From contig PLGG01000056.1 in the NCBI GenBank assembly GCA_003138515.1, positions 5,608-69,607 on the forward strand: a DNA stretch of 64,000 nt. Reading direction: 5' to 3'. This document shows positions 17,902 through 27,082 of the stretch, one piece after another (the stretch's first letter is position 1; each line of letters begins with the position of its first letter). This DNA comes from Acidobacteriaceae bacterium. GTDB taxonomy: Bacteria > Acidobacteriota > Terriglobia > Terriglobales > Acidobacteriaceae. Position numbers and translations under genes: made by a program. The notes under the pieces are model-generated. The model worked only from the letters and a program-made list of their open reading frames with translations. It ran no database searches and was not told the DNA's origin.

Positions 17902-20733
17902 TTACTTCCCCACCTCCGCCAGCAGCGCCTCCGCCCGATGCAGCGCGTCGCGCCGTTTCTGCTTTTCGCTCTCAATGTCCGCCGGAGCCCATGTCGATCC
18001 GCCGATGCGCCGCGATGTGTCGCTCAACCGCTGCTCGAATTCCTTGTCCAGCCCGGCCACGTCCGCCCGCGCCTGTTTGAGCGCTTCGAGGAAATGGACA
18101 AGCTCTCCGTCGATCCGCCCGGGGTAGTAACTGATCAAATCGCCGGTTTGCAACGCATCCCTCAGCGCAATCGAGGGTCCCGCAACCGGCCCTGTTTGCT
18201 GCAGCGCATCTTCGACGCCGCGTAGCCGCGTCATCTCCCCGGCAAATCCATCCAGCTCCGCGCGTTGCGCAACCCGGCCATTCGCGCGCTGCACCACCAC
18301 GACAACTTTCGCGCTCACGCTTTCGCTCGGCACCGGAATCACCGTCGTCAGCGTGTTCCCCTCGAACGTCCACCCACCTGCCTCGCCCGGCTTAACGAAC
18401 CCCACTGCCTTTCCGTTCACCGTCACCGCTACCGGCGGCCAATCCGCCGGCAGCCGCACTTCGTATCCGCGCGTCCTCAGCATTCCGGGATAGCTGCCCC
18501 CAACCGGCCCAATCTCCACGCGAAGCGTGTCGCCATTCTCGGTCGCTTTCACAGGCGTCCGCGCAAACACGCCGCGTTGATTCTCAACTGCCACGCCCGA
18601 ATCCTCATAAACCGAATAGCTCGACGCCGCGCCTGCCGCGAGCGGCCACACGTTCACGATCAGCGGATCGACAGCCTTCTCGCCCGTGTGCAGCATTGCC
18701 GGCTGCATCGGAAGAATCGTGCCCGCTCGCACATACACCGGAATCTGATCGATCGTAAAGCTGCGCTCCACGGTCGCCGGCCCCGCAAAATGTTTTCCCG
18801 TCGGCCACTCGATCCAGTCGCCCCCCTGCGAATCCGATTTCGGCAGCCACACCTGCTCCGTCGCGAGGCCCGTGATCTTGTCCGCGGGCGCGGTCACCGG
18901 GCTCACGATCAACTGGTCGCCGAAGAGGTATTCGTTCTTGCTTGTGTAGGCCGCATCGTCTTCCGGCCAGTCGTAATAGAGCGGCCTGAAGAACGCCACG
19001 CCCGTGTCGTATGTCCGCCGCGCCTCCGTATAAAGGTACGGCTGCATTGCTTCGCGCATCCGGTAAGCCGACCGCATCACGGCCGAATACGGCTCGGGAT
19101 AGGCCCAGATCCGCCGTTCAGAATCCGGATTCTTCGTCGTGTGCGTCCGCAAGATGGGACTGAACGTGCCGAACTGAATCCACCGCGTGTACAGCTCCGG
19201 ATCGACGGCGCCCGGCATATGCCCGCCGATGTCGTGGCTCCAGAACGCGTAGCCCACGTTGGCTGCCGTAGCCGTGAACCAAGGCTGAAACGCGAGCGAG
19301 TCCCACACCGAAATCGTGTCGCCCGAAAATCCAATCTCATACCTGTGATTTCCCAGCCCGCCCCAGCGATGAAACAGCAGCGGCCGCTTGCCCTCGCGTT
19401 GCTGATCGGTAAAGTGCACATAGTTCAGCCACCAGGTGGGGTTCACGCCGGGCAAGTCCGTCGACGACTGCTGCTGCCAGTCGAGCCACCAGAAGTCCAC
19501 GCCCTGCTTTTCCAGGGGATGCAGCACCAGGTTCAGATAATTCGTCGCCCACTTCTTGTCGGTCGGGTCAAATGGGATGTATTTCTTCGTTGCCGGGTCG
19601 ATCCCCATCGCGCGCGCCATCGCCGGATACGCCTGCTCCCACGGCTCGATCCCCGACGCCGGATGCAGATTCATCGTCGTCTTGAGTCCATCCTCGTGCA
19701 GCTTTTTCAAAAACGCGTCGGGATCGGGAAACAGCACCTTGTTCCACGTGTATCCCGTCCATCCAAGTTGTTGCCCCGACTGGTCCACCGCGCCCATGGC
19801 TCTCAGTTGCTCATCGCTCATGTGCCAGTCCATGTCGATCACCATCACGTCCAGCGGAGTGTCGTTCTCCCTGAAGTCCCTCGCCAGCTCGTCGAATTGT
19901 TCGTCGCTATACGCCCAGTAGCGCGACCACCATACTCCGAACGCAAACCTCGGCGGCAGCGGAATCCGGCCCGCCACAAGCACAAAATCGCCCAGCGCCT
20001 TCCGGTAATCGTGTCCGTATCCGAAAAAGTACCAGTCGGTGTACGCGCCGGCCTTCTCGTTCGCCGGCCGTTCCATCACCCACGGCCACACGCTCTTCTC
20101 GCCGTCAAGAAACCGGAAATCCGCCGAGTCGAACAGCGGCCGCGTCGAGTCATCCACCAGCGCCCATCCCGCTCGCGACACCAATCCCTGGTCGATCGGT
20201 TCCTCGGTCTTCGATCCGAGCGCCGTGTCGAGGGTGCGCGTCGTCCCCATCAAATTCTGTGGATCGCTGTCGCCGGGATGCCACACCACATCCTTGCCGT
20301 CGACGGTGAGTGTGATGGACAGATTGTCAGCGGTGAAATGCCCATCGCCCGTAGGATCGTACGTAAGCGTCAGCGCGTCAGTCTTGATCGTCCTTAGCTG
20401 CGAGCTACCTTCAGACTCGGTCCCGCTCACAAACTTCGGCACCGGCAGCCTTCGATTGATGAACACAAACGAAGCGTGGTCCTCAAATTTCCCATCCGCC
20501 GACCACTCCATCCGAATCAACTGCGGCGTCAGCACAGTGAATCGCGCGTGGCCCAGAGTGACAATCGCCTTCGGATCGGCCACGGGATCATCTGGCAGCG
20601 CCGAAACAGCCAGATGACCCGCCCCTGTTTGAGCCGCCCCACCCGGCGCGTTCGACCTCGCGGTGCCCGCGCATCCCACTGCCACAACCGCAATCCCTAA
20701 CCAACGCCAAAACGCTCGCATCGTCGCTCCCAT
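17902..20733 (-). CDS. Glycoside hydrolase family 31 (alpha-xylosidase/alpha-glucosidase-like), secreted
   Basis: Start at ATG 20733 (GGAG upstream) gives MGATMRAFWRWLGIAVVAVGCAGTARS. GH31 motifs present: RIPLPPRFAFGVWWSRYWAY, DVMVIDMDWH, GVDFWWLDWQQ, GFSGDT. The 888-nt upstream extension of the listed ORF is antisense to lpxB. Confidence 0.85.
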   Translation of the reverse strand: MGATMRAFWRWLGIAVVAVGCAGTARSNAPGGAAQTGAGHLAVSALPDDPVADPKAIVTLGHARFTVLTPQLIRMEWSADGKFEDHASFVFINRRLPVPKFVSGTESEGSSQLRTIKTDALTLTYDPTGDGHFTADNLSITLTVDGKDVVWHPGDSDPQNLMGTTRTLDTALGSKTEEPIDQGLVSRAGWALVDDSTRPLFDSADFRFLDGEKSVWPWVMERPANEKAGAYTDWYFFGYGHDYRKALGDFVLVAGRIPLPPRFAFGVWWSRYWAYSDEQFDELARDFRENDTPLDVMVIDMDWHMSDEQLRAMGAVDQSGQQLGWTGYTWNKVLFPDPDAFLKKLHEDGLKTTMNLHPASGIEPWEQAYPAMARAMGIDPATKKYIPFDPTDKKWATNYLNLVLHPLEKQGVDFWWLDWQQQSSTDLPGVNPTWWLNYVHFTDQQREGKRPLLFHRWGGLGNHRYEIGFSGDTISVWDSLAFQPWFTATAANVGYAFWSHDIGGHMPGAVDPELYTRWIQFGTFSPILRTHTTKNPDSERRIWAYPEPYSAVMRSAYRMREAMQPYLYTEARRTYDTGVAFFRPLYYDWPEDDAAYTSKNEYLFGDQLIVSPVTAPADKITGLATEQVWLPKSDSQGGDWIEWPTGKHFAGPATVERSFTIDQIPVYVRAGTILPMQPAMLHTGEKAVDPLIVNVWPLAAGAASSYSVYEDSGVAVENQRGVFARTPVKATENGDTLRVEIGPVGGSYPGMLRTRGYEVRLPADWPPVAVTVNGKAVGFVKPGEAGGWTFEGNTLTTVIPVPSESVSAKVVVVVQRANGRVAQRAELDGFAGEMTRLRGVEDALQQTGPVAGPSIALRDALQTGDLISYYPGRIDGELVHFLEALKQARADVAGLDKEFEQRLSDTSRRIGGSTWAPADIESEKQKRRDALHRAEALLAEVGK

Positions 20734-20877
20734 TTCCGCTCCACCGGGAAGACTACCACCGCCGCATGAGCACCCGGCAACTTGTAGCGCCGGCGTCCCG
20801 CCGGCTGTCGTGCGGGCGTCCTCGCCCGCACATCCCGCTATCATTGGGTCAAGCCGGCCTTTGCCGGCGCACGATCC

Positions 20878-22284
20878 ATGACCCCCACCATCTTCATCTC
20901 GGCAGGAGAAGCCAGCGGCGAGCACTACGGCGCCCTCCTCGCCGCTTCCATCCAGCAAAAACTTGCTCCAAAAGGTGAAATAGTGGAGCTGATCGGCATG
21001 GGTGGCCCGCGCATGGCCGCCGCCGGCGTCAACTGCATCGTCCGCGCTGAAGACATGGCCGTCATGGGCCTCACCGAAGTGGTCCTCCACCTTCCCCGCA
21101 TCTACCGCGAGTTCCGCAAGCTCAAGCGCGCCATCCGCGCCCATCGCCCCACCGTCGCCGTCCTCATTGACTTCCCCGAGATCAACTTCCGTCTCGCCCG
21201 CGAATTCCACCGCCTCGACATTCCCGTCATCTACTTCGTCAGCCCTCAGCTCTGGGCCTGGAAGCAGCACCGGATCAAGCTGGTCCGCGAATACGTCCGC
21301 CGCATGCTCGTCATCTTTCCCTTCGAGGAGCCCTATTACCGCGCCCGCGGCGTCGATGCCGAATTCGTCGGCCACCCCCTCGCCGATCTGCCCCAACCCT
21401 CCATCACCCGCGAGCAATTCGCCGCCGAAAACAACCTCGACCCCACCCGCATCTGGATCGGCCTCCTCCCCGGCAGCCGCCTCCGCGAGATCGAAGACCA
21501 CCTCCCCGAAATGCTTGCCGCCGCCCGCGCCCTGGCCGCAGCCCGAGCCCTTACCGCTGCGCGAGTCCTCGCCCCGCCCGCGTCGCAACCAACCAGCACT
21601 TCGCCCGGCGTTCCATCGCACGCCCTAACTCTCGCCGCAGCTCCCGCCCATCCCGCACCGCCCTACGACTTCCTCATTCCTCTGGCTCCCACCCTCGACG
21701 CCGCCCAGCGCGCCAAGGTCCAGCGAATCGTTGATGATCGCGGTTCCAACCTCAGCATTCGACTCATCAGCGATCGAGGCGCCGAAGGCGCGGTCAGCCC
21801 CACCGCAGGTGGCGTCCACGACGCCCGCGCCACCCTCCTCCATGCCCGAGCCTCAGTCGTCGCCAGCGGCACCGCCACCGTCGAAGCCGCCCTCATCGGC
21901 AACCCTTTTGTCGTGGTCTATCGCGTCTCGCCGCTCACGTATGCGATCGCCAGGCGAATGGTCAAGGTCCCCCACGTGGCCATGGCCAATCTCATCGCCG
22001 GCAAACGCGTGGTTCCAGAGCTCATTCAGCACGACTTCAATGCCGCAAATATCGTCCAACACCTCAGTCCGCTGCTACCCGACGGCCCCGCTCGTGAGTC
22101 CATGATGAAGGAGTTGGCAGCGATTCGGGAGGCGCTCCATACGCGTGAGGCCAATCAGCCCTCGCAAACCAAGGCCGCCCAATCCGCCATCGAACGGGTA
22201 GCCGCTATCGTAGTGAATGAGGTCGAATCGCTTTCCCCGGCGCCTGCGGCAACTGCCGAGTCTGCCCAAACGGCCAGCCGCTGA
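20878..22284 (+). CDS. lpxB: Lipid-A-disaccharide synthase with an internal Ala/Pro-rich insertion
   Basis: MTPTIFISAGEASGEHYGA...GMGGPRM...MGLTEV......FPEINFRLA...IPVIYFVSPQLWAWKQHRI are LpxB hallmarks. The protein is 468 aa, longer than typical LpxB. Confidence 0.85.
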   Translation: MTPTIFISAGEASGEHYGALLAASIQQKLAPKGEIVELIGMGGPRMAAAGVNCIVRAEDMAVMGLTEVVLHLPRIYREFRKLKRAIRAHRPTVAVLIDFPEINFRLAREFHRLDIPVIYFVSPQLWAWKQHRIKLVREYVRRMLVIFPFEEPYYRARGVDAEFVGHPLADLPQPSITREQFAAENNLDPTRIWIGLLPGSRLREIEDHLPEMLAAARALAAARALTAARVLAPPASQPTSTSPGVPSHALTLAAAPAHPAPPYDFLIPLAPTLDAAQRAKVQRIVDDRGSNLSIRLISDRGAEGAVSPTAGGVHDARATLLHARASVVASGTATVEAALIGNPFVVVYRVSPLTYAIARRMVKVPHVAMANLIAGKRVVPELIQHDFNAANIVQHLSPLLPDGPARESMMKELAAIREALHTREANQPSQTKAAQSAIERVAAIVVNEVESLSPAPAATAESAQTASR

Positions 22285-22334
22285 ATCCGATCGGCAGCGC
22301 CGACGAATCAACCCCAACCCGCCGTAACCAAGAA

Positions 22335-24428
22335 TTGACCGGCGGCAGCACAATGAGCGAACGAATGAATCGAACCCTGAAAGATTTGCACTCCGCGGCC
22401 AGCCGCATCATTAGCCTGCTTCAGCCGTTCCGCAACTGCGGAACCGCTCTCGCCCCGGCCCTCCTCACCGCCGCCCTCGCCGCGACCGCCGCACTCCCCG
22501 CCGCCGCGCAAGTCGCCCGTCCCGCGCTCAACATCACCGGCTACGTCATTGACGCCGAGCTCGATACCACCACCCACCACCTCGCGGCCACCTCCCAGGT
22601 CACCTTTACCGCTCCCGCCAATCTTGACGTGGTCACCTTCGGCTTCCATCCCGCGCTCAAAGTCACCAAAATCACCGACGACTCCGGCAAGCAGCTTGAA
22701 GCCGAGCGCACCGCCGACGGCTCCATCCGCGTCACAGCGAACACGCCCTTCGTTGACGGCCAGCCGGCGCATTGGACTTTCGTCTATGACGGCGTCATCA
22801 CCGGCAACGAAGACGGCCCCATCGAAGGCCTCAAGCTCGCCGCCATTCAGGAACCCATCAGCTACCTTCTCTACCCCGCCCGCTGGTTTCCCTCCACCGG
22901 ATTAATGACCGACCGCTTCACCGCCGACCTGCACATCCGCGTCCCGCAGGGGATGCGCGTCTTCGCCAGCGGCTCCTCAGGCGCCTCCAAACCCGTCACC
23001 CTCACCGGCGGCAAGCCTGGCGACGAGTACGACTTCAAATGGGCCAAGCCCGGCTTCCCCGGGACCGTTATTGCCGGCCGCTTTCTGCCGCCGGTTTCTG
23101 CGGGCGCAGGCAACGTCAAGGTCTACGTCACCATCACCCACCAGGCCTCGGTCAACGCGTTGGCGCAAACCGCCACCAGCGAATACAACTTCTTCACCGA
23201 CACCTTCGGCCTGCCTCCCACGCCCCGCATCAACATCGTCGAGCTGCCCGACGACACCCTGCCCGCCGTCTACGCGCCAGAGCTGGCCGCCATCATGGGC
23301 TCCCGCACCGGCGACAAATCCGGCATTCGCCTCCTCGCCAACACCATCGCCCACCAGTGGTGGGGACTCGAAATCAGCCCCAAAACCCTCGACGACGCCT
23401 GGATCACCAACGGCATGTCGCGCTACGGCGAGCTCATGTATGTCGAGGATCAGAACGGCCAGAGCGCCCTCAAAGCCGCCATGGAAGACGTGGCCGCGGG
23501 CGCGCTCGCCTATGACACCATTCCCCTCACCAGCGTTGGCCGTCTCGATCCCTTCTCGCCTCAGTTCCAGTCCATGACCCTCGAAAAGGGCGCCATGATC
23601 TTCCACATGCTGCGCTGGGAGGTCGGAGACAAGGCCTTTCCTGACGTCCTCAAAGGCGCGCTCAGCCAGTATTCAGGCGGCTCCATCCGCACCGGCGACT
23701 TCGAGAAGGTGGCCGAGGCCGAGAGCCAGAAGGAGCTGGTGCCCTTCTTCTCCCAGTGGATCGACGGAACCGGCGCGCCCACATTCACCAACAAGTATTC
23801 CGTCTACCGCCTCGGCAACAACAAGGGCTTCCGCACCATCGGCGAAATCAACCAGGATCTCGACCTCTTCCGCATGCCCGTCGATCTGCGCATCGAGACC
23901 GACGGCAAAACCGTCAATCAGAGCGTCGAGGTCGTCGGCACCGATACGCAATACGTCGTCGACACCTTCGGCCGCCCTCGCCGCATCAGCGTCGATCCCA
24001 ATGACTGGGTGCTCAAAGCCAGCCCGGACCTCCAGGTCCGCATCTCCATCCTCAAAGGCCAGCAACTGGTCGCGCAAAACGACCTTCTCGGCGCCATCGC
24101 CGAATACAAGAAGGCCCTCCAGGCCAATTCGTCCAGCTCGCTGGCCAGCTATCGCACTGGCGAAGTACTCTTCACCCAGTGCAACTATCAGGCCAGCGTC
24201 AACGCCTTCCGCGACGCCCTCCGCGGCGACGACGAGCCACCCTGGACCGAGGTTTGGAGCCACATCGCCGTCGGCAAAATCTTCGACGTCACCGGCCAGC
24301 GCGACCGCGCCGTCGCCGAGTACCGTCTCGCCGTCCAGACCAACGACAACACCCAGGGCGCAGTCAACGAAGCCCGCCAGTACCTGCAAAAGCCCTTCAC
24401 CCAGCCCGAAGGCACATGCGCGCACTAG
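22335..24428 (+). CDS. M1 (aminopeptidase N)-family homolog with degenerate zinc site, plus C-terminal TPR-like region; secreted
   Basis: A signal-like segment LLTAALAATAALPAAAQ is present. Where the M1 zinc site should be, the sequence reads NTIAHQWWG...(18 aa)...N instead of HExxH-x18-E, followed by GAMIFHMLRWEVGDKAF. The C-terminal ~130 aa look TPR-like. The start could also be 22353 or 22365. Confidence 0.7.
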   Translation: MTGGSTMSERMNRTLKDLHSAASRIISLLQPFRNCGTALAPALLTAALAATAALPAAAQVARPALNITGYVIDAELDTTTHHLAATSQVTFTAPANLDVVTFGFHPALKVTKITDDSGKQLEAERTADGSIRVTANTPFVDGQPAHWTFVYDGVITGNEDGPIEGLKLAAIQEPISYLLYPARWFPSTGLMTDRFTADLHIRVPQGMRVFASGSSGASKPVTLTGGKPGDEYDFKWAKPGFPGTVIAGRFLPPVSAGAGNVKVYVTITHQASVNALAQTATSEYNFFTDTFGLPPTPRINIVELPDDTLPAVYAPELAAIMGSRTGDKSGIRLLANTIAHQWWGLEISPKTLDDAWITNGMSRYGELMYVEDQNGQSALKAAMEDVAAGALAYDTIPLTSVGRLDPFSPQFQSMTLEKGAMIFHMLRWEVGDKAFPDVLKGALSQYSGGSIRTGDFEKVAEAESQKELVPFFSQWIDGTGAPTFTNKYSVYRLGNNKGFRTIGEINQDLDLFRMPVDLRIETDGKTVNQSVEVVGTDTQYVVDTFGRPRRISVDPNDWVLKASPDLQVRISILKGQQLVAQNDLLGAIAEYKKALQANSSSSLASYRTGEVLFTQCNYQASVNAFRDALRGDDEPPWTEVWSHIAVGKIFDVTGQRDRAVAEYRLAVQTNDNTQGAVNEARQYLQKPFTQPEGTCAH

Positions 24429-24476
24429 CGCTCATTCGGGTGTCGCGCACTCGATTCTCGACCTACCCACAAAAAT

Positions 24477-24527
24477 GGGTGCCCCATCCTTCCGCGTTTT
24501 TTGCGGAAGGGTGGGAGACCACGAACC
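24477..24527. repeat. REP-like hairpin element, copy B (terminator position after the M1-like gene)
   Basis: GGGTGCCCCATCCTTCCGCG-TTTTTT-GCGGAAGGGTGGGAGACCACGAACC has the same architecture and tail (CACGAACC) as copy A at 12816..12865. Confidence 0.75.
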
Positions 24528-24579
24528 CCAATCGTCGGGGCGCGCCGGCTGTTCGCCGCGCCCTCAATTTAGAGCCCGC

Positions 24580-24618
24580 TTGACATTATGTACACTTTAA
24601 TGTACATTTAACTGTACA
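24580..24618 (+). promoter_or_regulatory. Promoter with three phased TGTACA palindromes (putative autoregulatory operator)
   Basis: TTGACA (24580..24585), a 17-nt spacer, then TACATT (24603..24608). TGTACA occurs at 24589, 24601 and 24613, exactly 12 bp apart, overlapping the spacer, the -10 and the start region. GAGGAGG lies at 24621..24627 before the ATG at 24635. Confidence 0.6.
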
Positions 24619-24634
24619 TGAGGAGGGGTTTCCA

Positions 24635-24991
24635 ATGACTCCGCCAACTCTGAGAGAATCAGCCGACGCGTTCGACGAACGGCTTGAACTCTCCAACATC
24701 ACCGATCTGCGCCGGGACCTGCTAAAAAAGGTTGACGAGATCCACGAGAACCCCGCAATCCGGCTGCTCATCCTCAAGCATGGCCGACCCCAGGCGGTCT
24801 TATTGAGCGCCGAAGCATACGACGTTATGAAGAAGGCAGTAAAACTCTTGCTCGCTGAAAGTGACAAGTTGAGGCCGGAACAGATTATTGACGCTGCTAT
24901 CCGCCGATTTGAGGATGAACGTTCCACCGTGCCCGCTGACGTCAAGGTCGAGGTGCCGCAGGTATCCCGCGCCAAGGCCGCGGCCAGCTGA
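24635..24991 (+). CDS. Phd/YefM-family antitoxin-like protein (no adjacent toxin gene)
   Basis: ITDLRRDLLKKVDEIHENPAIRLLILKHGRPQAVLLSAEAYDVMKKAV matches the Phd/YefM N-terminal pattern (..r.nl...l..v....pv.I.+.g.p.aVL.s.eeY). The protein is 118 aa. Confidence 0.65.
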   Translation: MTPPTLRESADAFDERLELSNITDLRRDLLKKVDEIHENPAIRLLILKHGRPQAVLLSAEAYDVMKKAVKLLLAESDKLRPEQIIDAAIRRFEDERSTVPADVKVEVPQVSRAKAAAS

Positions 24992-25030
24992 GCTTCACCG
25001 TAAGAAGTTCGCCGAACCACTAACCACTAA

Positions 25031-25603
25031 TCACTGTCTCTGCGTTCTCCCCAGCGACAAAACCTGCAAATCCACCTTCGCCAGGCCCGACCGGGCCATC
25101 CCCAGCTTCTGCGCCGCGCCATAAGAGAGGTCGATAATCCGCCCCTCCTCGACCAGGTCGCCGCGATCCGTGATCCGGACCACAACCGACCGGCGGTTGT
25201 GCACGTTCACTACCCGCACAATCGACCCGAAGGGAAGCGATGGGTGGCAGGCCGTCATGGCATACATATCGTAGGTCTCGCCACTGGCCGTCTTGCGTCC
25301 GTTGAAGACGCCGCCGTACCAGGAGGCCACTCCACGAATCCTGTCTTTCCAATTCAGGGCGGCGGCGGTTGGGGCGTTCTGCGGCGGTTCCCGGTCGGCG
25401 AGCGATGCTGGCGTCGCACTCGCTGCAGGGGAAGCCGCAGGCGCGGTGAAGGCTGGTCTGGAAAGACTCGCATCCGCTTGCACTGTGCGCGCCGAAATCA
25501 ACACTACCAGCGCCACCATTGCAACGGCGGAGACACCAGCTACGAGACAAATCCATAGCGGTGCCTTTCGTCTTAAGTTGCGTGTTTTCCTTTTTATAAC
25601 CAT
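25031..25603 (-). CDS. rlpA: Septal ring lytic transglycosylase RlpA-family protein (DPBB domain)
   Basis: An N-terminal TM/signal segment is followed by GVASWYGGVFNGRKTASGETYDMYAMTACHPSLPFGSIVRVVNVHNRRSVVVRITDRG. Confidence 0.85.
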   Translation of the reverse strand: MVIKRKTRNLRRKAPLWICLVAGVSAVAMVALVVLISARTVQADASLSRPAFTAPAASPAASATPASLADREPPQNAPTAAALNWKDRIRGVASWYGGVFNGRKTASGETYDMYAMTACHPSLPFGSIVRVVNVHNRRSVVVRITDRGDLVEEGRIIDLSYGAAQKLGMARSGLAKVDLQVLSLGRTQRQ

Positions 25604-26014
25604 CCGGCAATTTTACTAGATCGCCACTGGCCGCCGTCAAATGTTGTCAAGATCGATAATGGGAATTTTGTTGAAAAAAACACCGCCGGACCCTCCCTCC
25701 GGGGATAAGGTATTTAGTCCGTTTGAGTTAACAGATTGCACCAAAATCAGTGCATGTTTTCCTATTTTGGGCACCGATTTCTGTGCAAAATCCGGCACAA
25801 ATAAGCAACTTGGCATCGCGAATGCGCATCGGCAATGTATGTTGTTGATGTGGTGACACTTATGTGTTTATTTTCGCCTCAAAATTTCTTTTTCAAGTTT
25901 GCCGATTAATTCGCCGGTTTTGCTAGCTTGGTCTTAGGGTCTGCATCGAACCTTCCGTTTGGTCGGGGGTTCAAGGCAGGCCCTTTGCCATTTCTGGCGA
26001 AGAAGGAGCTTTCC

Positions 26015-26521
26015 ATGCAATTGAACGCTGAGGGTTTGGATCTGATCAAGAAGTCCGAAGGTTTTCGCGATCGTGTCTATCGCGATGTCGCCGGTTTTCC
26101 CACCATCGGCTATGGGCACCTGATCAAGCCCACTGAATCCTTCCCCGACGGCATTGCCGAGCCGCAGGCCGCCGAAATCCTGGCCAGCGACGTTCAGGAC
26201 GCCGAACAGGCGGTCGCCCGGCTGGTCAAGGTCGCGCTGACCCAGGGCCAGTTCGACGCGCTGGTCGACTTTTGCTTCAACCTCGGCGCGGGCCGTCTGG
26301 CGGGCTCAACCCTTCTCCGCGAACTGAATGCCGGCCACCACGCCGCCGCCGCGCAGCAGTTGTTCGCATGGGACCATGCCGGTGGTTTCGTCAATGCCGG
26401 ACTCAAGGCCCGCCGCCAGGCCGAATTTGAGCTTTGGACCAGGGGCCCGGAAGCGATCCGCACTAGCGCAAAGCCACCGGCAGCAATCACACCGAGCCGC
26501 CCAGAAATAAGCGCTGCCTAA
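26015..26521 (+). CDS. GH24 phage-type lysozyme (muramidase)
   Basis: ATG at 26015 is preceded by GAAGGAG. GLDLIKKSEGFRDRVYRDVAGFPTIGYGH...LTQGQFDALVDFCFNLG is the T4-lysozyme-family core with the catalytic Glu. Confidence 0.85.
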   Translation: MQLNAEGLDLIKKSEGFRDRVYRDVAGFPTIGYGHLIKPTESFPDGIAEPQAAEILASDVQDAEQAVARLVKVALTQGQFDALVDFCFNLGAGRLAGSTLLRELNAGHHAAAAQQLFAWDHAGGFVNAGLKARRQAEFELWTRGPEAIRTSAKPPAAITPSRPEISAA

Positions 26522-26668
26522 TGGAACCATCCCAAACGCACAATCAACTGGAGAGAACGAAGATGAAAATCACCGCGACTGTCTCATCCACGACGGCTCC
26601 TGTTTTTCTACTCCCTACTCCCTATTGGCTATTCCCTGTCTCTCCGTTCCCTCGGTCCCCCGCCTTTC

Positions 26669-27082
26669 TAACCACTAACCACTACCCACTAACCACTGCC
26701 TTTACCCCACCCCCCCCATGCCCTTTTGTGAAACTGTGAATCTGTGAAACTGTGAAGCATTTGGAATCAGAGCCTTACAGCCACTCACTCCACAGTTTGA
26801 CAGTTTCTGTGAAACTGTGGAACGAGCAAGAAAAGACCGTGAATTGAAATCCAAACCACTCAAACTAAGACGGATAGCGGCAGGCTGATCGCCGAAAACC
26901 GATTTCCGAAAATCGCTGAAAAACAACCGATTTTCGAAAATCGCAGAATACTGGCCGCTCGGAGCTGAAAACTGCGAGCTGAAACCAGAATCCCGAAACC
27001 TGCTTTGATCGTTCTTGTTTTCGGAAGCTGTTGCGTTTCGCTCGGCACGAATGGAGCTAAAAGCTAGCAGCTAGAAGCTGCG
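26669..27082. repeat. Mosaic of short-period repeats and palindromes in a non-coding spacer
   Basis: (TAACCAC)x4 at 26669..26698. C4AC8 at 26705..26717. (TGTGAANC)x4 with 8-nt period at 26728..26758. Hairpin CCACAGTTT/AAACTGTGG at 26790..26820. Palindromes CGATTTCCGAAAATCG (26900..26915) and CGATTTTCGAAAATCG (26928..26943). GAGCTGAAA x2 at 26962 and 26976. AGCTAAAAGCTAGCAGCTAGAAGCT at 27054..27082. Confidence 0.85.

Noticed and set aside
20734-21621. N-terminal 296-codon extension of the GH31 ORF (17902..21621)
   Set aside because: The extension is Gly/Ala/Asp-rich low complexity lying antisense to lpxB. A good start (GGAG plus ATG 20733) followed by a signal peptide lies downstream.
24431-24442. 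12-nt identity CTCATTCGGGTG between 24431..24442 and 57701..57712
   Set aside because: Matches of this length are expected by chance many times in 64 kb of GC-rich DNA on two strands. The relative orientation to the REP-like seed also differs between the two sites.
24992-25030. Search for a toxin partner of the Phd/YefM-like gene
   Set aside because: Only 39 nt separate its stop from the convergent rlpA stop, and no small ORF exists upstream either, so no TA pair can be called in this window.
25811-25825. Sigma54-like promoter TGGCAT-N5-ATGC upstream of the lysozyme gene
   Set aside because: The spacing fits the -24/-12 rule. However, the -12 element is imperfect, it lies about 190 nt from the ATG, and no enhancer-binding protein gene is nearby, so it is too weak to list as a feature.
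26521-26739. 72-codon ORF with an internal ATG preceded by GGAGAG
   Set aside because: The product (..LLPTPYWLFPVSPFPRSPAFLTTNHYPLTTAFTPPPPCPFVKL) is translated straight through the heptad and C-run repeats. It is most likely non-coding repeat DNA.
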